Assembly: GCF_036321535.1 (NCBI RefSeq)
Contig: NC_087447.1
Span: forward strand, 48,920,001-48,984,000
Origin: Camelus dromedarius
Lineage: Eukaryota
Reading direction: 5' to 3'
Length of the DNA: 64,000 nt
Position 1 is the first letter of the stretch. Every line of letters begins with the position of its first letter. The notes under the pieces are model-generated. The model ran no database searches, was not told the origin of the DNA, and saw only the letters and a list, made by a program, of their open reading frames with translations. Shown here in pieces: positions 13,001 to 24,187 of the stretch. Both the position numbers and the translations under genes were made by a program.

Positions 13001-14729
13001 GACATCTTTCTAAGATGCATCCAGGGCAATGGTATATGGAGAAAAGCCTTGGGGGTTAAGAGTGATGTGCCAAGTGGAAGGGAGGCTGGCATGGAGGGCA
13101 TCCTGTGCTAAGTCTCTTTTAAGAAACAACAGGAAGCTGTTAGGAGGAAACCTCCCGGGCTCAAGGAGGGGAAGGAGACTTTTACTGAGTAGGAGGCATT
13201 GTGCTGGGCACATTCACGCAGTCACCTTCTTTAATCCAAGAAGCCTTTGGGTTCCAGGTGAATATGTGGCAGACAGATGCAGAAACTGAGGCTCAGAGAA
13301 GTTGTCACTTATGAGTCACACAGCTACTAAGGGGCAGAGCCAGGATTTGAACCCAACACTGGTCTCTCTTCAGGACTTGTTACTAAGGACTTCTGTGAGT
13401 CTCACACTGCTGGCAGCCCAGAGATGACCAGACATACAGCCTGCCCTCATGAGCAGAGACAAGAATAAAACAAAATCCAGCACTGCTGGCTCCAGAAAGT
13501 CACGTGCAAAAGAAGGCAGATGGGGGAGCTGAGCTGTGGGGTGGGAAGAGCTCTAGGCTGGGAAACTGGGGTCTTCATCCCAGGTTTTGCCCTCAGCAGC
13601 CTGGAGTGAGTCACTGCCCCTCCTGGGCTTCAGTTTCTTCTTTGAGTATAAGTCAAGGTTTGAACTAAGCTCCTTCCTTCTTTTTAAGACACTCTTTGGT
13701 TTTGTTTTCCATGCTCAAAGCGTTCCAAGAGATTGGCAGAGGGTAGAGCGGAGGTTCACCAGCCTATCGTGGAAACACTGAGGAAACTGAGGTTCAGGGA
13801 GGTTGTATAAACTGTTTGAGGTTACACTATGTCCAAGTGGAAAAGCATGAATTAGGGAATTGATATTTTTCAAGAACCTACCATGCACCAGCCAGTTGCT
13901 GGTGCTAGCTGCTTTACATGTTTTCTTGAATCTAATCCTCCCAACAGTCTTGGGATTTTCACTCCTATTTTATAGATTAGGCTCAGAGAAATGCCCTCCA
14001 TGCCTGCCTCCTACTGGCTGATACTCAGCAGATCTGGGATAGTGAAGACCCTCATCTATTTCACTGTGCCCTGCTGCCTCCCAGAGTCTCACAACTCCAA
14101 ATCAGGGTTCCCTCCAGGTGCTGTGGGGAGGGAAAGAAAGCATAGGATTTGGAATTGGAGAGTTCTGGCTTTGGACGGCTCGCTAGCTCTCTAAACTTGA
14201 GCAAGTTTCTTCTCTCAGTCTAAGTTTTCTCATCTGTGAAATGCAAATGATAAAACCCACCTCCTGGGAGTGCTGTGAGGATCAAAAGAGAAAAGGAATG
14301 GGAAGGTTATCCTAGTTGGCTCTTCTTTCTTTCCACTGGCTCTCTTTAAATGCAATAGCCTCTTCATCTGCATCACACCCTTGCAGCCAAACATACCCAG
14401 CTCTCTACTAGGAATAAGCATGTGCCCTCCAAAAAAAAAAAAAAAAAAGCACAGTGCCCTGTATTCTCTTCCACCTTTTCCACTGCCCTGGGTTCCCTCA
14501 TCCTCAGGTCCATGGCAGCAGCCTCCTTGGCTCTGAGTCTTGCCAAGTTCCCCTCAGTCTCCCAGACTCATCAGCCGACACTGGTCTGCAGAGGAATCTC
14601 CACCCTCCCAGCACAGGTGCTCCCTGGATGACTGTCAGAACAGGCTGGGGTACCAGGTCCTGGAACCTTCCCGCACATCCCAGGGATGGCATCCCTCTTC
14701 TGCCCACCCAGCACACCCACCCTGCTACT

Positions 14730-15720
14730 TACGGGCTCGAGCTTGGGAGTCCAAGGGGAACCAGAGCAGCGCGAGTCCCAGCAAGGAGGAGAGAACCCTT
14801 ACCTCGGGAACCATCCTTCCTTCCCCCAGGGCCAGGCCGCCAGGCATTGAGCCGGGAAGGGAGTCGGGAGAAAGTGAAATGAGCGGGGGACACTGAGGCA
14901 CAGGGGCACAAAGCAATCCACAGACCCAGGGAGGGTGGCTGCTCCGGTGGAGAGTCTGAGAAGGGTCAAGCAGATGGTGAGGATAGAGGAGGTCCAAGGT
15001 GGGAATAAGAGAAAGGTGGAAAGAGAACGAGGGAAAGAGATGGAGAGATTGAGGAAGGTATGCAGGAGGGAAAAGCGATTAAAGCAAGGGAGAAGGTGAG
15101 TGGGAAGGGTGGAGAAGAAAGACGGGAGAGCACAGGAGTCTGCCCAGCGCGCAGCGCTGGGCGAGGCGCGAGGGACCGGCGAGCTGTTCCGGGCGCGCGG
15201 GCTAGAAGTCACCGGCGCCCCCTGCTCGGTGGGCTCTGGGTCGGGCCGTGGGGTCCTGGGGCCCGGCGGGGCGGCGGTACCGGCGGCGGCGGCGCGGCGG
15301 CCGCGGGGGGAGGCTGCGCGCAGGCCGGCTGTGCACGCCAAGGGCGCCAGGCGCCGCGCTCGGGCGCATTTGTACTTTGCCGCGGGAAGCAGGCAGCCCC
15401 GGCCTGGCGCTGGCCTAGCGCTGGCGCCTCCTCTGGGGCACCACGGGCTCGGTGGATTGGCCACCCGAGAAACAGGCCCACTTTCCCCCCTCCTCTCTCG
15501 TGCGGGTCTCTGGGACGGACGCTCCAGGCGCGGCGCCGAGAGGAGGCGAGGGGGCTGGGGAGGGGGAAGGAGCCACCCGGGCCACGGGTTTTAACCCCTG
15601 ACTCCCCGCGGCGCCCAGAGTGCAGGAGGACGGACCCAGTTAGGCTTTAGGGGGAACTTTCGGGTGGGGAAGGATGAGATGTCAGGGAGAGAGAGGAGAA
15701 GCGGGCTGCGGAACCGAGAG
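14730..15720 (-). promoter_or_regulatory. CHRDL2: CHRDL2 CpG island, promoter and 5'UTR
   Basis: Dense CpG and GC content, highest at about 15140-15620, directly upstream of the CHRDL2 ATG. Pyrimidine-rich 5'UTR segment (mRNA sense) at about 14980-15130. TATA-like TACAAAT on the minus strand near 15368-15374. TSS cannot be determined from sequence. Confidence 0.85.
14733..14814 (-). CDS. CHRDL2: Chordin-like protein 2, coding exon 1 (82 bp), signal peptide
   Basis: ATG at 14814 in strong Kozak context (gaaggATGG). Encodes MVPEVRVLSSLLGLALLWFPLDSQARA, a hydrophobic signal peptide. Donor CCC|gtaagt. Confidence 0.97.
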
Positions 15721-17749
15721 GGGCTCAGGTTAGGGAGCCAGGAGGTGAGTGCACAAAGCCCCACCTCTGGTTGGAATCGGGACACTTGCTCTTCTTAATT
15801 CTGTTTGTAGTCTTGGCCACTCCACTTTAGAGTCTGTTTCCCGTCTCTAAAATTGGGATCTTACTATTTTCAGTATCTTCTAATATTTGTAATGTCTTCC
15901 CACAATTGTTTCGAACATGAAATGAGACAATGAACGTCAAAGCACTCAGATCTCGAAAAGAAGGGTTCATAACTCCAGGCGCCTGGAATGCTCTTATCAG
16001 TTACCCCCCCGAACCCACAGGCACCATGCCTAAGCTGAAATCCAGCCCAGCTGGATCCTTGGCCCTTCCTCTGGAGGTCTTCCCCTGCTTCCCCCTCCCA
16101 CTCCTGAAGCAGACCACAATCTCTCCTTTGCCTCTGCTGCAGGTGAGGCCTGCATCTCTCTGGGATTGTTGGTCCTATTCAGTCCTCTTCAGTAAGAGCT
16201 TTTTGTCAGTGTTGTCTTTCTTACCAGAAGGTGAGCTCCTCGAGGGCAGGGCCCTGAAGCTCCCCACCCCAGCCTGTGGTTGGTGTTCCATACCTTGTAC
16301 TGAATGAGTGTGTGAATCAGTAGGACCTAAGAAGAGAACAAAAGCTCTATCCAGACAAGAAACACTCAGACTGAACTTAAAAGTATAGGGCCCTTGGCCT
16401 GGCTCTCTCCCTAGCTTGTTTAGACATCTTGGCTAGGTTCATCCATCCCCACTTTGGACCTCAACTTCCTGCCCAGCTTCTCTTGTAGAGCTGCTGGAAA
16501 CTCCAGTGAATGTTGGAGAGGAGAAGACTCGGAGGAGTAAGAGACAAGATGGATGTTGAATTACATCCCACTCTGGTAGGGAGTCACATTTCCAGATTCA
16601 AACACTTCTGACTGGCTATGTGTAAAGATAACTTCTGGGCTAAGGCTGGGTTTCCCCTCCACTGTGCTTCCAGTCCATCCCCTCCAGAGCAGAGAGCACT
16701 GGGAGGAACCAGTGATTCCAGAAACAGAGCATCCCCAGGGCTCTCAGAATCAGAGACAAACATGATCTGCCCCTGGGTGCCCTTCAGGCTTAATTTCTCC
16801 TGCTACAACCTCGCCAGCCACTTCCTCTCCCTTAAGTATAGTTTAACAGATAATGAGAGCTATGTATGTCATCATGCTTCCCTTTTTGCCTAGGCTTTCA
16901 GGGAACTCAGTTAAATTTAGTGTTTGATTGCAGAAATAATTTCATCCCAAGGATGTGGGACAGAAATCTTTTCCTTTCTCTATCTTTGCTTAAAGTCTAC
17001 TCTACACATAGATTCATGTCTTAGGTAACAGAGAGGGGTTAAGATTGGCCTCCCCTACATCCTGTCCATTCTGCTTCAGGAAAAGTCTCTACCATGAGAC
17101 CAAAAACGGTCTCAACCCTCCTCTGCATCCTGATTGTCCTCCGAGTTCAGGGCATCATCATAAGGACTTTTCTAACAGCCTCTTAACAAGTCTTCTGCCC
17201 CTAGCGTAGGCCCCTCCAATCTGTTTTCCTCACACTGCCGTAAGAATTATGTAGATCATTTCTACTGACAAACCTGATCACATCACTTTCCCACATAAAA
17301 CCTATTGCTGGAAATAAAAAATAAATAACATTAAATGCAATGTGATATCCTGGATTGGATTCTGGGACAGTAAAATTAGGACCTTAGCAGAAAAACTGGT
17401 GGATATACTCTATACTTTGGTGAAGAGTAAGGTACCAACATTGGTTTCTCAGTCTTGACAAAGGCTATGTAAGATGATAACCTTAGGGGAAACAGGGTGA
17501 AAGAGATATGGTTCTTAGAAGAAAAACTTTGTACTATCTTGGTAATTTTTCTATGAATCTAAAACCTAAATCTAAATGTTTATTAAGCAAATAAATGACA
17601 GGATAAACCATTATTGGCCACCTATCATTTACAGATTACAATCCAAAATTGTTACCACTGGCTTCAAGATTATGCATATTTTGGCTCCTACTCACCACTG
17701 CCACCTACCCTGTGCTTTTACTCACCTCCCCAAACTGGCCATGCATTTT

Positions 17750-17880
17750 TTTGTTTTGTTTTGTTTTTTGGCAGGGGGAGGTAATTAGGTTTACTTATTT
17801 TTGGAGGAGGTACTGGGGATTGAACCCAGGGCCTCCTGCATGCTAAGCATGCGCTCTACCGCTGGAGCTATACCCTCCCC
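17750..17880 (-). mobile_element. tRNA-derived SINE, camelid Vic-1-like
   Basis: Reverse complement GGGGAGGGTATAGCTCCAGCGGTAGAGCG...GGGTTCAATCCCCAGTACC has Pol III A and B boxes and an A-rich tail. 15-bp TSD at 17735-17749 and 17881-17895. Confidence 0.88.
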
Positions 17881-19418
17881 CCAGCCATGCATTTTCACGC
17901 CTCTATAGCTTTGTATACATTTTCCTTCTGCCTGGGCTATCTTACTCCTCTTTCATCTAATGAATTCTGTTTTACTTTTCAAAAGTCAGCTCTGAGTCAC
18001 TTTTTTGTCTGAGGCTTTCCCTGAGTCCCCGAAGCAAAGCAAATTTTTGGTAGCACTTTGTATTGTAGTTATTGGAGTGTAAATATTTGCATTTCTGCCC
18101 TGCATTCTGAGGGCAGGGGTCTTTTTTTCATTTATAGCTGTATTTCCAGCACTTAGCAAAGTCTCTAACACACAAAGATACTGATAAATAATTGCTTCAT
18201 GGATGAGTGAAGAGCTCAGTGATTTGAAAAGACTTCAGTGATTCTTTCATGGGATAGCCTTTCAGCACCCCTATTGCCCTCAGCTTTAATCAGTGATTGA
18301 CATAAGAAACAAGCCCTTGAAGAAAGTTTCTGTGTCTTCTGTAGAAATGCTGTTGATAGTTGTCCATATGTTATCTAATATCCTTTTTAAAAAGGAGATT
18401 TGATAAATGGTTCCAAAATCTAGTCAGGAAAAAAAAAGTATTTCCCCATAGCAATTTGTTGCACCAAGTTTGTCTGGCACCTGCTTGCTTCCCTCTTAGG
18501 AAACTTACAGCCTTCCAAGGTGGCCCATTGCACTGTTGGACAGCTCTGTTAGAAAACTCTTTAACTGAAATCTGATTCTCAGAGACTCCCCACATTGCTT
18601 CTAGCTCTGCTGTCAGGGCTGCCCAGAACAAGCCAACTGCTTTGATCTTTTGAGAGCCCTACAGACATTTGAGGCAGAGAACCCCTCTTCCATACTCTCA
18701 TCCTTCCTTACCAGTTCTGGCACATGGACCCCTCATGCCACATTAAACTTTCTCTCTCTTCAAATGTGCTGAGCTCTTTTGCCCCTCCCGCCCTCTCCAT
18801 ATCATTTTTTCTTTCCTAATGCCCTCCTTGTACCTACTCTCATCTGTCTGGCAGGCTTATTTTCCCAGGATCAAAGTAATCTTGTTCATTCATCCAACAG
18901 TTACTGAGAGCCTGCCCTGTGCCAGGCACCATGCTAGGTGCTAAGGACACAGTGGAGAACAAGACAGACACTGATGCTTGTAGTCCAGGTTCTCGCTGAG
19001 ATCTCTTTAATGGCCTTCTTTCCTCCATGCTTCTGTATCTCTGTTATAGCACTTAGCACATTGTACCATCAAAGGTTTTATGTCACCTTCTCTAAAGTGA
19101 GAACATACACTGTTATTTATCTATTATTTTTCCTAACCTTCAGCACAAAGCTTTGTAGCTGCTAAATAAAGGTTCATTGGACAATATTCTTGTTCTTTCA
19201 AATAGTCTTCTTGTGACATGTTATTTGTGGATAGCAATCCTCCCCCTGGGCTGCAGGCTGCTTGATTATGTAAGATTAGCATAACAATAAGGATCACAGG
19301 GTTCAGTGTCAGGGAAAGGCTTCTTAACCACAGTCCAATTAATTTCATAAGTAAGATTCTAAAAGCAGATTCACCATATGAGAGTTAATATAAGAGGACT
19401 ATGTAACACATACTACAC

Positions 19419-19830
19419 CAGTGGTGTCCTGACAAATGTTTAACAACCAGCTCCAGAGGAGAAGAAAGCTGTGGTTTATAGCATTTGCCAGTTTCCACGG
19501 TGTGAATACTCCCATCATGGCTAATGTCGGGTTACCAAAGGATGTCATTGAATGTGGAGTTGAGATGCACAGTAGGACATCATTATGCAGTATTTCCATC
19601 ATACAGATACAATAAATTAAATAACTTCAAGAACGTTGATAGTAAAATTGTAAAGTGTAGTAAAATAATTAGGTGATGATTTGAATGTTTTAAATACAAC
19701 TTATTTAATTACAAATTTATCTAATTTAATGTTTAGTAATGACTGTGTTTGACAATCAGCTTGCAAAATTCCTGAAAAATTTCGCAAATTCCTCTCCTGA
19801 GCTTTTACAAGCTGGCTATAGTATTGTATG
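19419..19830. mobile_element. hAT DNA transposon remnant, MER63-like
   Basis: Begins CAGTGGTGTCCTGACAAATGTTTAACAACCAGCTC, resembling the recalled MER63 terminus. The internal tttgccagtttccacggtgtgaatactccc is also typical. Confidence 0.6.
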
Positions 19831-21150
19831 GTAAAAGTATTTCTTCACTGGTATATAGTGCACTGTCTTTACTTGATGATGTCCTGCAAAGGGTAAACAA
19901 ATTGACTCTTGAAAGTTGTGTCCAATTTAGATCCATTAGGAGGAAAGTCTTACTTAAAGGAGCTGTTAAAGTTGATATTATTTGTGAAGCAAACAATCCC
20001 CACTCCACTCCCACCCTTCAGCCAGGTCAGAGTTATTTATCCCTGTAGAAAATATTTAAGACCTACTGTTATTTTAGGACATGTTCATTTGAATCTGCAG
20101 ATATCCTGCATATAGTTGGCCTAAATAAATGCTTGTAGAATGAATGTGAGGCCTCCCCAGAATTATTTCTATGGGTTCTTATGTGGCTATGTGAATATTT
20201 CTGAATCTTTTTTCTTCTCTCAGTGGACCCTCTCTTCCCAGGACAGCCTGCACATAGATTCTGAAGGAGGAGGTATCGGGAAAGCAGGATAGGGGAACAC
20301 ATGGCCCTTAATTTCACAGAGTCCTCATGGGGGAAACTGAGTGGGGACAAAGTGTCTTCAATGGGACACATGGAGTAGGATCATCCTTCAACCAGGTCCT
20401 AAGCTCTGCAATCGATCAGAGGCCTCTTCTCTTACTGGTGTCATCACTAACCAAGCACCAAGGAGAATGTAACTTCTGCTCCTGCCTCCTCCATGCTCAG
20501 GGGGACCTTCAAAAAGCGGTTTGTCCTGAGACTTCTTTGCATAGATCTGTGAGGATGTAGGTAGAGCACCTGTGGATGGTGCCATACAATTTGGGTTCCA
20601 GAGCCAGATGGTGGCAGGCACTGTATCCAACCAAAGGTGGAGTGAGGAGCCACCAGAGTTATCTTTTCAAAATGTGAATCATTCAGTGTCACTGTCTTAA
20701 AACCTCTCCATTGCACTTAAAATTGCACTTAGAATAAAATCTAAACCCTTTGCTACATTTTGAAAAGTCCCTCCATGACCTAACATCTGCCTGCCCTCTG
20801 ACTTTAGAAGTCTCCCTACACCTGCTATGCTCCAGTCCATTGGCCTTCTTTCTGCCCCTGGGTACACCAAGCTGCCTGGACCCTCAGCAGGGTCTTTGCC
20901 CTGGAGGCTTCTCCTGCTTAGAATGTTCTTCCCTCAGCTTTTTCCCCAGCTGACACTTCATTCAGCTCAAATGTCACTTCTTCGGTGAGGTTTCCTTGGT
21001 CCAGCCTATCTAATGAGGTCCCCATCCAGTCATTTTCTATTGCCATGTTTTATTTCCTCTGTGTCACTTATGATCTGAAACTTATTTCTTCACTTGTATA
21101 TTATCCTCCATGAGCATGAAAATTCTATGGCAGCCTGGATGTTGATTCTT

Positions 21151-21667
21151 TTTTTTTGTATATATATTTTATTGAAGTATAGTCAGATTACAATCTTGTA
21201 TCAATTTCTGGTGTACAGCATAATGCTTCAGTCTTACATGAACATACATATATTCGCTTTCATATTCTTTTTCACCATAAGTTACTATAAGATATTGAAT
21301 ATAGTTCCCTGTGCTATATGCTATACAGTATAAACTTGTTGTGTATCTATTTTATATATAGTAGTTAGTATCTGTAGATCTTGAACTCCCAATTTATCCT
21401 TTCCCACCCCCTTCCCTCCCTGGTAACCATAAGTTTGTTTTCTATGTCTGTAAGAATGTTCCTGTTTTGTAAATAAGTTCGTTTGTCTTTTTTTTTTTTT
21501 AGATTCCACATATGAGTGATGTCACATGATATTTTTCTTTCTCTTTCTGGCTTACTTTACTTAGAATGACAACCTCCAGGTCTATCCATGTTGCTGCAAA
21601 TGGCATTATTTTATTTTTTTTATGGCTGAGTAGTATTCCATTGTATAAATATACCACCACTTCTTTG
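21151..21667 (-). mobile_element. 5'-truncated L1 3' end, lineage-specific
   Basis: L1 3'UTR motifs and poly(T) on plus. TSD CTGGATRTTRATTCTT at 21135-21150 and 21668-21683. Confidence 0.85.
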
Positions 21668-22607
21668 CTGGATATTAATTCTTAATCACTGCTATATTCC
21701 TTATTCCTAGAACAGTGCCTACATGTAGAGCGGGCTTACTAAATATTTTTTTGAATAAATGAAAATAAGCGGAGGATAGAATATGTGTCTGGATTATCTG
21801 CCTTATATGAGGAATGAACCCTAAACTCAAGGCCCCAAATCCTTCAAATTCAACCACTCTTGTGTTTTCATCATTATTATTATTGCCTTCACTTTTATTA
21901 TCTCATAACCATCATTATCAACAACAGTGGTGCCTGGCACATGAGGGTATTTACTGTCTGTAGAATGAATGAAGGAATGGACTTCAACTTTACAGCTGAC
22001 CTCAAACTTCCTTTCTAGTCGTATTTACTACTCTCTCCCCAATCCAGCTTCTTGTATATAGTACACTCCAGCTACTCAGAACCAATCATTTTCATCTAAC
22101 ACACCATAGCTTCATGTCTCAGTGTGTCAGCTTATTCTACTGTTCCTCCTATTTGAAATTCCCATTTCCTGTCTCTGATGAGTTCTCATTCTACTAGGAC
22201 CCACTTTTGTATCCCTTCCAGGTAGTTTGTCACTTCCCCTTCTTGTGCTTCCATATCACTCTGTCTATACCACTGTTAAAAACTCACTTCCTGAATTATA
22301 GTTGTTTGTTGACATATCTGCCTTCTCCCCTAGAGAGTGAGCTCCATGAAAGCAGGGACAGTATATTTTCATCTCTGTGTTCTCAGGAACCACTTCTGGG
22401 CCCACCACATAGCAGTTTCACAATATGTGTTGAAATCCTCCATCTGGTATTGGGCATAGTCTGCCTGCAGAGCTGGATGCTAGGTGCTGAAGGAGAAAAT
22501 AGACAATGCTGGGCAAAACATGGTCCCTGGCCCCAAGGACTTACAATCTAATTAGAGGGACAAGTCCTTTTCATAGAAGATGTAACATTAAAAACCAGTA
22601 TATTCTA

Positions 22608-22934
22608 ACAGACTCAAAGACATAGAAAATAAACCATGGTTACCAGAGGGGAAGGGAGTAGGAAGGGATAAATTGGGAGTTCGAGATTTGCAGAGACTAA
22701 CTGCTATATATAAAATAGATAAACAACAAGTTTATACTGTATAGCACAGGGAACTATATTCAGTATTTTGTAGTAACCTATGACGAAAAAGAATATGAAA
22801 ATGAATCTATATATGTATACGTATGACTGAAACATGCTGTGCACCAGAAATTAACACAACATTGTAAACTGACTATACTTCAACTAAAAATTTTTTTAAA
22901 ATAACGACAACAGCAACAACAACAACAATTTAAA
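22608..22934 (+). mobile_element. 5'-truncated L1 3' end with an (AAC)n tail
   Basis: Same family as 21151-21667. Flanked by aaaaccagtatattcta and aaaaccccagtgtattcta. Confidence 0.8.
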
Positions 22935-23230
22935 AAAACCCCAGTGTATTCTAGAATTACATATGAGACAAGAGGAAACTTGGTGGTGTAGAACAGGTAT
23001 GGGACTGGAGTAGCCAGTAGACTTTTGTTTCTGGTTCCTACTTTACCATTAATTCACTACGTGGCCTTGACAAATTATTTCTCTTCTTTAGACCTTGGTT
23101 TTCCTCCCTGTAAACAATAATGTTAGATCAGAAGCCTTGGCTGATTTCTATAGCCGATTCCATCTCTGACATTCTGAGTTTGGCTCCATAGAACTGGGTG
23201 GAGATGGTGGGGAGAGCTCGGTAGTCTTGG

Positions 23231-23248
23231 TTTGCCCCCTGGTGGTCA
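23231..23248 (-). promoter_or_regulatory. CTCF core motif between the two promoters
   Basis: Reverse complement TGACCACCAGGGGGCAAA closely matches the CTCF consensus TGGCCACCAGGGGGCGC. Confidence 0.6.
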
Positions 23249-23839
23249 CTCAGCAGCATCACAGGCCCGGGAGACCTGGCTGTAAGCTTTTCCCAGCGAT
23301 GGAGGTAGTAGAGCCCAGAGCCTAGAAAACAAAGAACTGTGGAACAGTGGCCATTCCAGAAGAGAACCAATCAGCCAGCCACTGGTAGATTGGTATAGAA
23401 TCCTATCCTCCTTCAGGATTAATGAACTCGGGAGACCATGCTCTCTGTTTTCAGCCTCTAGGTGAACTCATCTCATATCTATTTCTTTCCAAACCAGAGG
23501 AAGTCAATCGTAAGAGGTGCTTTTGCAGCAACCCCCCCAACTTTTTCTTCTGCTCCCATCACAGTACTCTCTTCTGAGGCAAATTCTTCATTCTAGTCGC
23601 CATCCATTTATATATAACAAAATGAGGGTTTTCTCTCCTTCTTATTCTTTTCCTGGAGGAGGGTCACCAACCTCTAGTTCTGGGACACTTGGTCCAGAAA
23701 AAATGAAGGTAGCAGGAGGATTTCTTTGTTGAGATGAGAAAAACAGACAGACTCAAATAAAACATGTTATTTATACTGTAAAAGGTGATTACAACTAGCA
23801 AAGTTTGTCTTGTCTTTTTTTTTTTAGATTCATGCTTTA

Positions 23840-24187
23840 TTTTCTCTTTCAGTTTTATTGAGATATAACTGACATACAACACTGTATAAGTTTAAGATGC
23901 ACAGCATAATGATTTGACTTACATAATTCAGGAAATGATTACCACAGTAAGTTCAGGGAACATCCCTCATCTCAAATAGATACAAAAGAAAAGAAAAAGA
24001 AAAATATTTTTCCTTGTGCCGAGAACTCTTAGGGTTTACTCTCTTTAACAACTTTCATATATAACATACAACAGTGCTAACTGGATTAATCAAGTAGTAT
24101 GTTACATCCCTAGTACTTGTTTATCTTATAACTGGAAGTTTGTACCTTTTGACCACCTTCATCTAATTCCCCCTCCCCCAAACTCCC
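23840..24187 (-). mobile_element. L1 (L1MA-type) 3' fragment
   Basis: L1 3'UTR motifs. Perfect 14-bp TSD AGATTCATGCTTTA at 23826-23839 and 24188-24201. Confidence 0.8.

Noticed and set aside
14799..15650. Long overlapping ORFs (221, 196 and 164 aa) on both strands
   Set aside because: They lie in the CHRDL2 CpG island, where stop codons are rare. They have low-complexity Ala/Gly/Arg/Pro composition and no recognisable domain.
17805..17880. tRNA gene (Ala-like), also at 38560-38633
   Set aside because: An A-rich tail, TSDs and an imperfect cloverleaf mark these as SINEs.
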